From contig JAOZPR010000010.1 in assembly GCA_029932645.1 (NCBI GenBank), positions 1-24,792 on the forward strand: a stretch of DNA of 24,792 nt, given 5' to 3'. The translations under genes and the position numbers were made by a program. The notes beneath the pieces are model-generated. The model saw nothing but the letters and a program-made list of their open reading frames with translations. It searched no databases and had not been told where the DNA came from. Each line of letters starts with the position of its first letter. Positions within the stretch are counted from its first letter, which is position 1. This document shows, piece by piece, positions 18,135 to 24,792 of this stretch. The stretch comes from Candidatus Aenigmatarchaeota archaeon. GTDB taxonomy: Archaea > Aenigmatarchaeota > Aenigmatarchaeia > GW2011-AR5 > JAGGXF01.

Positions 18135-18270
18135 AGCGGGGTAGAGCAGCCATCTGTTACTGTTGGGGTAGCAGACTGTAATGGAGTGCTCGTCGGGCCC
18201 ATAGTTCCTTTTCCTTGCAAATAAGGAAAGGGTTACCCGAAGGTCAATGGTTCAAATCCATTCCCCGCTA
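18135..18270 (+). tRNA. Initiator tRNA-Met(CAT) with two introns: D-loop (18152-18181) and canonical 37/38 (18204-18234)
   Basis: A1:U72 acceptor AGCGGGG/CCCCGCT, D stem GAGC/GCTC, anticodon stem TCGGG/CCCGA with three G-C pairs, T arm AATGG-TTCAAAT-CCATT, A73. Both inserts form hairpins with BHB-like junctions. Confidence 0.93.
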
Positions 18271-18272
18271 TT

Positions 18273-18821
18273 ATGCTGACACAAGAGGAAGGTCTATCGC
18301 TAGTTCGTCTTGCACGCAAGACCATAGAAAGTTTTGTCAGAAACGAACCCATTGACAAGCCAAAAGATCATAAACCCTTTATGGACAAAAAGCGTGGCGT
18401 GTTCTGCACACTGACCAAACATGGCCAGCTTCGCGGCTGCATTGGCCTGCCTTATCCAACACACAAACTTGTGGACGCTGTAGTCGAAGCTGCCATGGGC
18501 TCTGCAGAAGACCCAAGGTTCCCGGCTGTGACAGAAGACGAACTCAAGCATATAAAAATAGAGATATCTGTGCTGACAGAACCAAAAAAGATAGAGGCAA
18601 GCGGAGAAGAGATTCTCAAAAACATCAAGCCGAATGAAGACGGCCTTATAATAAAGCACGGTTTTAACCAGGGGCTTTTCCTACCACAGGTATGGAAAGA
18701 ACTCCCGAGCAAAACAGAATTCTTGGATCATCTTTGCCTGAAGGCAGGACTTGCTCCCGGATACTGGAAAAGGCCTGGCGTGACGTTTTATGGATTCCGT
18801 GTCCAGGCATTCAAGGAGTGA
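18273..18821 (+). CDS. AMMECR1-domain protein (AmmeMemoRadiSam protein A type), 182 aa
   Basis: RGVFCTL, LRGCIG, EDPRFP, IEISVLT, GLFLPQV, LCLKAGL. Confidence 0.94.
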   Translation: MLTQEEGLSLVRLARKTIESFVRNEPIDKPKDHKPFMDKKRGVFCTLTKHGQLRGCIGLPYPTHKLVDAVVEAAMGSAEDPRFPAVTEDELKHIKIEISVLTEPKKIEASGEEILKNIKPNEDGLIIKHGFNQGLFLPQVWKELPSKTEFLDHLCLKAGLAPGYWKRPGVTFYGFRVQAFKE

Positions 18822-18838
18822 CTAACTGGGTGTGGCCA

Positions 18839-19999
18839 ATGTATGAAATAACACTTCTAAAAAAACTCATTGCGCTGAATACTGACAGCACAACAAAGGA
18901 AAATTATAAAGAATGCGCGCAGCTCATAGTCAAAGAAGCCAAAAAACTTGGAATGAAAACAAAAATTATCAATGCGCCTGCACCTGATAAAAAGCCAAGG
19001 CCAAATGTTCTGGCTGAATTAAACGTAGGCGCTGACAAGACTCTTCTGCTGGTTACGCATTATGATATTGTACCTGTTGGCAACGGTTGGCATACAAACC
19101 CGCTATCGCTTGCTATTAAAAACGGCAAAGCATTTGGACGCGGGGCATCCGACGACAAGGGCGGAATAGTTGAAGCCTTCGGCGCGATAAGAGAAATTGT
19201 GAAAAAGAACAAAACACGCTATAATATAAAACTCGTCTGTGCATGCGATGAAGAGGTCGGCGGCAGATACGGACTGCGATATGTCTGCCAAAAACATAAA
19301 AAAGATGTACAGGCTGATTTAGCACTGGTCATAGACTCTGGTGTAGAAAACATAGTTACAGGATGCAGTGGTGTGTTGGATGGGAAAATAACTATAAAAG
19401 GCAAGGCGTGGCATGCTGGATATCCTCACCAGGCTGACAACGCGATATACAAGGCTATTCGTGTTGTTGAAGAAATCAGAAAGCTTGAAAAGAAAATAGA
19501 AAAAAGATATTCGAAACTAAAGGCACCGAAAGGCTCACCACATAAAAAGGTCTGGAACAGGCTGAATGTTACTGTCTTCAACTCTGGAGAAAAATCAAAT
19601 GTGATTCCTGGCGAAGCAATTGTAGAATTCGATTATCGTATGTTGCCAGAACAAAAACCGTCGGATGCTAAGAAAGAAATCAGGAACATGCTCAAGAAAA
19701 TCAACAAGAAGTTTGGTATTAAAACTAAACTGGAGTTTGAACAAGCACATCCAGGTTATATAACCAACGCACGCAGCCCAATCGTGCAGGAGTTTCAGAA
19801 ATATGTATCAAAGGTATTCGGACGTAAAGAAATCGTTGGTCAGCTTGGCGCAATTGATGGCACATACACAGCAGCCGCAGGCATACCATCCATTGGCTTT
19901 GGTCCAGGTGGCGGCAACCACCACGCACCTGACGAATTCATACCGCTCAACGACATCAAGAAAATGAGAAAATTGATTGTAAAGTTTTGCGAAGGCTAA
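18839..19999 (+). CDS. M20 (ArgE/DapE) family metallopeptidase/amidohydrolase, about 386 aa
   Basis: THYDIVP, GRGASDDKGG, DEEVGG, GKAWHAG, SNVIPG, FGPG...HAPDE. Start moved to ATG 18839 after GGGTGTGG to avoid overlap. Confidence 0.92.
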   Translation: MYEITLLKKLIALNTDSTTKENYKECAQLIVKEAKKLGMKTKIINAPAPDKKPRPNVLAELNVGADKTLLLVTHYDIVPVGNGWHTNPLSLAIKNGKAFGRGASDDKGGIVEAFGAIREIVKKNKTRYNIKLVCACDEEVGGRYGLRYVCQKHKKDVQADLALVIDSGVENIVTGCSGVLDGKITIKGKAWHAGYPHQADNAIYKAIRVVEEIRKLEKKIEKRYSKLKAPKGSPHKKVWNRLNVTVFNSGEKSNVIPGEAIVEFDYRMLPEQKPSDAKKEIRNMLKKINKKFGIKTKLEFEQAHPGYITNARSPIVQEFQKYVSKVFGRKEIVGQLGAIDGTYTAAAGIPSIGFGPGGGNHHAPDEFIPLNDIKKMRKLIVKFCEG

Positions 20000-20310
20000 A
20001 CTTCTAAGTTACGCCTGTACTCGGGGTTTCCTTCCAAATAGTGCACAAAAAAGGCAGCTTTCTTGCCAAAGAGCGTCAGATTGTCTCCATCTAAGAGACC
20101 TGCATCCTTCGCAACCTTTTCAAACCTTGCCTTGTCTATTCCTTCCCAACTATAACTTATTGGAAATTTTTTTTCTGCTACCAAACGAAGAGTATCTCTT
20201 GTAGAATCATTATACTTCCAAATGTCTTCTAGTGTTTTTCTTGTGATTTCGCCTTCATGAGTGTCAATAATTCCTTTAATATCATTAGCCGTTTCATTTC
20301 CATAGTTCAT
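19996..20310 (-). CDS. Hypothetical protein, 104 aa
   Basis: ATG with RBS GAGGTGA; convergent 4-nt overlap with the M20 gene; no recognisable family. Confidence 0.7.
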   Translation of the reverse strand: MNYGNETANDIKGIIDTHEGEITRKTLEDIWKYNDSTRDTLRLVAEKKFPISYSWEGIDKARFEKVAKDAGLLDGDNLTLFGKKAAFFVHYLEGNPEYRRNLEV

Positions 20311-20380
20311 AGCATCACCTCATCGGTCAAAGCATTATCTTATAATTATTTTTAAACCCGTGTGTTTGCTTCGTAATGTA

Positions 20381-21058
20381 TTATATAATCCTGCCGAGCG
20401 TTGCCCACACATAAGGTATGAGTATCATTATCATGAACATTACCAGGATTATCTTTATGCCCTGGCGCCAGCCCTCGCGCTGAAATCCGAAATATAGACC
20501 GATTGCCAGACCGCCGAAATGGGCTATGTAAGAGATATTGCCCGCTGCTGTGCCCAGGCCTGCGGCAGCAAATCCTATTGCGTTGTATACAGCATATATC
20601 AATCCAAGAAGTCCGAGCGGTACAGGCATGAAATAAGGATAAAAGGAAAAATCAAAAGGTCTGACAAGCATGCCCGTGCCAATGAGCGCGAACACACCAG
20701 CGCTCGCGCCTATGGAAGGCATAGCCCAGGCATAAATGCCCAGAAAATAAAAAGATAGTGAAAAAATATCGCCCAGCCAAGCGCCAAGAAGAAAGATGAG
20801 TAGCATCTTTTTCGAGCCCAGCTCAGACTCAACAGCCGCGCCGAAAAAGAACAATATCAACATATTTGAAAGAAGATGCTCCAAGTCTCCATGAATAAAT
20901 ATAGATGTCACAAGCACTTCGGGATGTGTGAAAAGATTCTGTCCCGAAAATCCGTAGCGCTCTACGATATACTTGTTTGCTTCAGGCGACAGAAACGCCA
21001 TGCCTATGAATATCACTGTACAGAGAACTACCAAACTTAGTGTAACCCGCATGCTCAT
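20381..21058 (-). CDS. Rhomboid-family intramembrane serine protease
   Basis: TSIFIHGDLEHLLSNM, catalytic GASAG and AHFGG, multiple TM segments. Confidence 0.93.
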   Translation of the reverse strand: MSMRVTLSLVVLCTVIFIGMAFLSPEANKYIVERYGFSGQNLFTHPEVLVTSIFIHGDLEHLLSNMLILFFFGAAVESELGSKKMLLIFLLGAWLGDIFSLSFYFLGIYAWAMPSIGASAGVFALIGTGMLVRPFDFSFYPYFMPVPLGLLGLIYAVYNAIGFAAAGLGTAAGNISYIAHFGGLAIGLYFGFQREGWRQGIKIILVMFMIMILIPYVWATLGRII

Positions 21059-21102
21059 GCTTTATTTTTGTTTCCGTCGGATTTAAAAGTTAATTTTATT
21101 TA

Positions 21103-21258
21103 TTAAATAAGCATATCAGATTCGCGTTTTATTAATCTCACTAGAGACTCTCCCTCAGGAACGAACGAACAAAAAGTCAACCCTCCTGTTATTTCATACT
21201 TAACTCCTGGTTCTGGAGCAACACCCGGATTTTTATCATATCCGTTGTTTCCACCCAT
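21103..21258 (-). CDS. Putative small protein, 51 aa, below the ORF-track cutoff
   Basis: RBS AAGGTGAG just upstream of the ATG. MGGNNGYDKNPGVAPEPGVKYEITGGLTFCSFVPEGESLVRLIKRESDMLI*. Confidence 0.5.
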   Translation of the reverse strand: MGGNNGYDKNPGVAPEPGVKYEITGGLTFCSFVPEGESLVRLIKRESDMLI

Positions 21259-21289
21259 CTTTCTCACCTTATTAACGCTTATGAAAACT

Positions 21290-21457
21290 AGCTTTGCGAA
21301 GCTGAAGAAACTACCACACCAAGAATAGAAAAAGAGGGCGGCATCGCGTGCCGCCCTATCTATGGGGTGTGGTCTACTTCAAGTATGATTACCTGCGCAC
21401 GGGCATGTGCACAGGATGTTTTTTTAAGAGTGTGGTCATAGTATGACTGCTGTGGCC
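21290..21457. ncRNA. Structured element directly downstream of ftsZ (3' UTR element or ncRNA, class unknown)
   Basis: Nested stems TGAAG/CTTCA, ACCACACC/GGTGTGGT, ATAGA/TCTAT, AGGGCGGCA/TGCCGCCCT (21303-21381). Further hairpins at 21290-21303, 21392-21415 and 21434-21457. Confidence 0.5.
21326..21357 (-). terminator. Hairpin plus U-tract, possible ftsZ terminator
   Basis: Minus strand AGGGCGGCA-CGCGA-TGCCGCCCT followed by CTTTTTCT. Confidence 0.5.
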
Positions 21458-21458
21458 T

Positions 21459-22586
21459 TCAGCTAATAACTTTTATGCCAAGGTCATTTATCATGCTCTG
21501 GACACCTTGCCTATCTTGTGAGTAAGCCTTCTGGGATGGGCCCAGGATGTATGGCGACTTGACACCAGTTATTATCGTGATAACCTGAATCTTGTCAGCA
21601 TAGTCAGGAAGCACACGCGCGCCCCAAATAACCTGCGCATCTGGGTCAAGGTTCTTTGCCACTGACTCGCCTATCTCATTTATCTCACTCAGTTTCATGT
21701 CTTCTCCACCAATAATCTGTATCAGCGCACCTGTTGCACCTGTGTAATCTACTTCCAGCAAAGGATGTGTCAGAGCCTTTTGCACAGCCTCTTGTGCACG
21801 ATGCTGGGATGTGGAGTCGCCAACACCTATAGCAGCAACGCCTCCAGAGCGCATCACTGCTTTCACATCTGCATAATCAAGATTCACCAGCGAAGGTTGT
21901 GAGATTGTCTCAGAAATGCCTTTTATCATTGTGGCTATCAGGTTATCAGCCATGGCAAATGCCTGCTTTAGCGGCAGATCACCAGCAAGCTTGAGCAGCT
22001 TCTGGTTTTCCATAACAATGACAGTATCGCATACTTCCCGCAATTGCATCAGTCCGTCTTCGGCCTTGCCTATTCGGGCACCTTCTATCTTGAACGGCAG
22101 TGTGACACAACCTATCACAATAGCCCCCTGCTCTTTTGCCAGCCTAGCAATAACAGGTGCAGCGCCTGTACCAGTTCCACCGCCTAAGCCGCATGTGATA
22201 AAAACAAGGTCAACATCATTGAGCATTTCTTTTAAATCCTGTCTTGATTCTTCTGCGGCCTTTTTTCCGATATTCGGATATCCGCCAGCACCAAGACCTT
22301 TTGTAAGATCTCTTCCTATCAAAACCTTTTTTTCAGCTTTTGTTATACTCAGATGTTTAGCATCTGTATTAACCGCTATTGTTTCTGCTCCTGCAATCCC
22401 CATGTCAGTCAGCCTCGTAACACTATTATTACCTGCCCCGCCTATTCCAACAACAAGAATCCGAGCAGTGTGTTCTAAAAACTCCTGGTCAGCCGCCTCC
22501 TCTTCATGAGCCGGCTTAGACGACTGGAATGACCATTCGTTATCTTTATCTTGCTCGTCAAATGCAGATTGTATGATGCTGTCCAT
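21459..22586 (-). CDS. ftsZ: Cell division protein FtsZ, FtsZ2-type
   Basis: GGAGNN, NTD, GLGAG, GGGTGTG, NLDYAD. AKEQGAIV, ISETISQPSL, HPLLEVDY and WGAR resemble the archaeal FtsZ2 clade as I recall it. ATG 22586 follows AAGGTGTGG. Confidence 0.97.
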   Translation of the reverse strand: MDSIIQSAFDEQDKDNEWSFQSSKPAHEEEAADQEFLEHTARILVVGIGGAGNNSVTRLTDMGIAGAETIAVNTDAKHLSITKAEKKVLIGRDLTKGLGAGGYPNIGKKAAEESRQDLKEMLNDVDLVFITCGLGGGTGTGAAPVIARLAKEQGAIVIGCVTLPFKIEGARIGKAEDGLMQLREVCDTVIVMENQKLLKLAGDLPLKQAFAMADNLIATMIKGISETISQPSLVNLDYADVKAVMRSGGVAAIGVGDSTSQHRAQEAVQKALTHPLLEVDYTGATGALIQIIGGEDMKLSEINEIGESVAKNLDPDAQVIWGARVLPDYADKIQVITIITGVKSPYILGPSQKAYSQDRQGVQSMINDLGIKVIS

Positions 22587-22618
22587 ACCCACACCTTCCT
22601 ATATCTTTTATTATATAT

Positions 22619-22653
22619 TTTACCAAAGCGAAAAGCATTTTTAGTTTGGTAAA
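22619..22653. repeat. Inverted repeat next to the ftsZ-proximal TATA-like tract
   Basis: TTTACCAAA (22619-27) and TTTGGTAAA (22645-53), adjacent to TTATATATTT at 22611-22620. Confidence 0.6.
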
Positions 22654-22667
22654 CATAATAGCTTTAC

Positions 22668-22841
22668 TTTTTTGGAAGGTATGTCCAAACTTTCCAAGAA
22701 ATAGTCTAAACAGTATAAGAAAAAAACGAATCAAATGCAAATCCAACCAAAAGGTTTGTCCAAACCCTTTGAATTGTATGTTACGTCCAAACCGATTGTC
22801 CAGATCGGTTGTAACTGACACGTTGTCCGAACGTGTTTTCT
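22668..22841. ncRNA. Array of hairpins displaying GTCC/GGAC (candidate regulatory leader or sRNA)
   Basis: Hairpins at 22672-97, 22748-71, 22780-815 and 22817-37, each with GTCC in the loop, plus a GTCCA bulge at 22785-89. Confidence 0.6.
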
Positions 22842-22871
22842 AAAAAAGTACTAAATATTCTTTCTTTATTC

Positions 22872-22888
22872 TCTTTAAAAGGCTTTTC
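22872..22888 (-). promoter_or_regulatory. Putative BRE/TATA pointing toward the hairpin array and ftsZ
   Basis: Minus strand AGAAAAGCCTTTTAAAG: purine-rich BRE-like tract followed by TTTTAAA. Confidence 0.4.
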
Positions 22889-22944
22889 TATACTCTGGTA
22901 TATATGTTCACGAATTCATTATTGTATGGTAAAGAAAGATATAT

Positions 22945-23003
22945 ATTTGGAAAATCCAAACGATTCATTACACCCAGTAACAATAAATTTGGATTTTCCA
23001 AAT
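22945..23003. repeat. Perfect 16-bp inverted repeat with a 27-bp spacer
   Basis: ATTTGGAAAATCCAAA (22945-60) and TTTGGATTTTCCAAAT (22988-23003). Each arm is itself TTTGGA-N3-TCCAAA. Confidence 0.85.
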
Positions 23004-23033
23004 GATTGTCTAAGTCTTGTCAGAAAAAAAACA

Positions 23034-24158
23034 CTAGAAGACATTAAGAAACCTTGTGTATATCTCGTTGCCAAGCGCGCTTCTCAGGAATTCGCTGTTT
23101 TGTGCATTCTTTACCGCGTCTTCAAGTGTTGTTGGTAGACTTTCTGCTTCTTCCAGCTTGTAGGCATTTCCATTTACGAGCGATCGCATCTTCAGATTCT
23201 GTTCAACACCAAGCATGCCTGCGTTGATAAGCGCTGTAAAAACAAGATACGGGTTAACCTGTGGGTTGGGTGCTCTGAACTCTATATTAATATCAGACGA
23301 CTTGCTGCACTTGGGAATTCTTATCAGCGCTGATCTGTTTGCCATGCCAACACATATGTTTTTTGGCGCCTCACTCCCACCCAGCCTTTTATAAGCTTCC
23401 TTGTCAGGTGCAAAAACAATTGTCATGTCCTTTGCATATTTTAGTAAACCCTCGATAAAAGATTTACCAAACTCACTTAGGCCGTGCTTGGAATCGTCGC
23501 CAGCAAAAAGATTTTCTCCATTTTTCCAGACTGATATATGAACATGCATACCATTGCCTGCCATCCCTTCGAATGGCTTTGGATGGAATGTAGCTTTCAG
23601 GCCGTGCTTTGCAACAAGCTGGTGAACAAGCATCTTGAACATTATCAGGTTGTCCCCTGTTGTTACAGGATCTGCATACTTGAACCCGAACTCATACTGA
23701 CCAGGACCAACCTCGTGATGCATCCTTGTTGGTATAAGCCCTGTCTGCCTCATTTTATCTATCAACTCCTTCTCAAACCCGTTAAGAAAAACGTGAAACA
23801 TATATTGCTTGTTGTCCAGCAATCCGCCATCCTGCCCAAGAATATAAAACTCCGGCTCGATACCGATAAAAACTTCATACCCCTTTTTGTGCAACTCGCG
23901 CACAGTCTCTTTGAGCAGCGAGCGAGCGCAATATTTTTCTAGGTTGCAGAAGTTCACCTCTTTTGTCACACCATTCAGATTATATGTTCGCACAGCATCC
24001 GACATCAGTCGCATGTCAGACTCTTCTATGCCAACACCGAGATGCACAGATGATGCATCAACAAAGCATTCTTTCTTGTCATCAAAAATATGCATCACGC
24101 GAAACCGGCCTAAGAAATCGCAGAACACAAAATCCCTGACAATGTTGCTCTCAGTCAT
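23034..24158 (-). CDS. glnA: Glutamine synthetase type I family protein, shortened (about 374 aa)
   Basis: GIEPEFY, HHEVGPGQYEF, ATFHPKP...AGNGMHVHIS, YKRL...EAP, NRSALIRIP, IEFRAP...NPYL. ATG 24158 follows GTGTGG. Confidence 0.85.
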   Translation of the reverse strand: MTESNIVRDFVFCDFLGRFRVMHIFDDKKECFVDASSVHLGVGIEESDMRLMSDAVRTYNLNGVTKEVNFCNLEKYCARSLLKETVRELHKKGYEVFIGIEPEFYILGQDGGLLDNKQYMFHVFLNGFEKELIDKMRQTGLIPTRMHHEVGPGQYEFGFKYADPVTTGDNLIMFKMLVHQLVAKHGLKATFHPKPFEGMAGNGMHVHISVWKNGENLFAGDDSKHGLSEFGKSFIEGLLKYAKDMTIVFAPDKEAYKRLGGSEAPKNICVGMANRSALIRIPKCSKSSDINIEFRAPNPQVNPYLVFTALINAGMLGVEQNLKMRSLVNGNAYKLEEAESLPTTLEDAVKNAQNSEFLRSALGNEIYTRFLNVF

Positions 24159-24322
24159 TGACCACACTTTTCCATTCGTATTTATACCCCATATTCACCC
24201 AAAATAATAAAAATATAGATTATACTTGTACAAATAAATATTTTAATGTACTATTAGAAAACAAATGTATTTAAATAATTTGAAAAACAATACATTTATA
24301 TCAAAAAGTAAGGGGTATAACC

Positions 24323-24792
24323 ATGAAAAGCAAACAAATGTTTTTGAAAAAACTGGACAAACGAGATGCTGCAATAATAAACGAGCTGAACAAGGATGCG
24401 CGAGCGTCGTTCAGGAAAATCGCCAGAAAGCTTGGCGTTGCGACAACCACGGTTATAAACAAATACAATAAGCTAAAGAAATCCGGAATTATCAAAAGCA
24501 CAGCACCAATTATCGATACAGAAAAGGCTGGATACAAACTCACAGCAGCCATAGAAATCATTGTGTCAAAAGGAAAGCTCATAGAAGTGGAAAAGAAAAT
24601 AGCCAAAATGCCCGGAGTATTCGCTGTTTACGATATTACTGGCGAGCCTGACTCGCTAATAATTGCGCGCTTTCACAGCAGAGCTGAACTAAACAATTTT
24701 GTCAAGTCGTTGCTGGCCATGCCATACATCGAACGAACCAATACGCACTTCGTTCTCAATATAGTCAAAGAGGATTTCAGGGTTTTTGTTTA
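24323..24792 (+). CDS. Lrp/AsnC-family transcriptional regulator; stop codon probably cut by the window edge
   Basis: Not in the ORF track. Manual translation: LDKRDAAIINELNKDARASFRKIARKLGVATTTV...LKKSGII (HTH) and VYDITGEPD...IERTNT (RAM domain). Ends ...EDFRVFV then TA. Divergent from glnA. Confidence 0.93.
   Translation, partial: MKSKQMFLKKLDKRDAAIINELNKDARASFRKIARKLGVATTTVINKYNKLKKSGIIKSTAPIIDTEKAGYKLTAAIEIIVSKGKLIEVEKKIAKMPGVFAVYDITGEPDSLIIARFHSRAELNNFVKSLLAMPYIERTNTHFVLNIVKEDFRVFV

Noticed and set aside
18692..18838. 49-aa N-terminal extension of the M20 peptidase
   Set aside because: Overlaps the AMMECR1 gene; ATG 18839 has its own RBS-like sequence and gives a typical M20 start.
21290..21461. 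SECIS element with Sec read-through of the ftsZ TGA, or SRP/RNase P RNA
   Set aside because: FtsZ ends in a normal C-terminal peptide (LGIKVIS); I could not find SRP helix-8 or RNase P P4 signature sequences, and the region is short.
21916..22509. 197-aa plus-strand ORF and similar long antisense ORFs in trpS, the permeases, the antiporter and glnA
   Set aside because: They lie wholly opposite well-supported genes and have no motifs of their own.
22668..22841. CRISPR array interpretation of the GTCCAAAC repeats
   Set aside because: The shared unit is only 4-8 bp, spacing is irregular and no cas genes are present.
22600..23030. Replication origin with ORB elements
   Set aside because: The palindromes read TGGA-N3-TCCA, the reverse of the TCCA...GGA arrangement of ORBs; no G-string and no cdc6/orc1 in the window. 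Not fully excluded.
22558..23138. Short ORFs 22558-22821, 22646-22843 and 22833-23138
   Set aside because: No RBS or recognisable motifs; they overlap the repeats or neighbouring genes.
24265..24606. ORFs 24265-24471 and 24301-24606
   Set aside because: Alternative-frame and antisense shadows of the Lrp gene.
1..24792. Alternative genetic code or mobile elements
   Set aside because: TAA, TAG and TGA all end recognisable proteins at expected positions; no transposase, integrase or tRNA-derived att duplication was seen.

Overview
Archaeal chromosomal window. Evidence: S8e, L37e, Sm/Lsm, FtsZ2-type protein, RNase HII with a PIP box, BHB-type tRNA introns, TATA promoters and GGTGA/GGAGG ribosome-binding sites. 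The compact organisation and noncanonical tRNA introns suggest a DPANN-type lineage, which is inference. Translation and RNA genes: rps8e (partial), lsm-rpl37e-tRNA-Lys(CTT) with a D-loop intron, trpS, a MetRS split into a catalytic gene and a separate tRNA-binding gene with an AT-rich C39-like peptidase between them, rnz, rnhB, and an initiator tRNA-Met with two introns and C33 that ends 2 nt before an AMMECR1 gene. Surface and membrane genes: two large Cys-rich secreted proteins, two divergent APC permeases (one fused to a SAM methyltransferase), a CaCA antiporter, an EMC6-like protein and a rhomboid. Also an M20 peptidase, a shortened glnA and an Lrp regulator. The most unusual unexplained signals flank ftsZ: upstream, four to five hairpin elements with different stems that all display GTCC (GGAC on the minus strand) unpaired; downstream, a GC-rich multi-stem element followed by a 51-aa small ORF. 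All calls come from reading the sequence by eye; no database searches were run.
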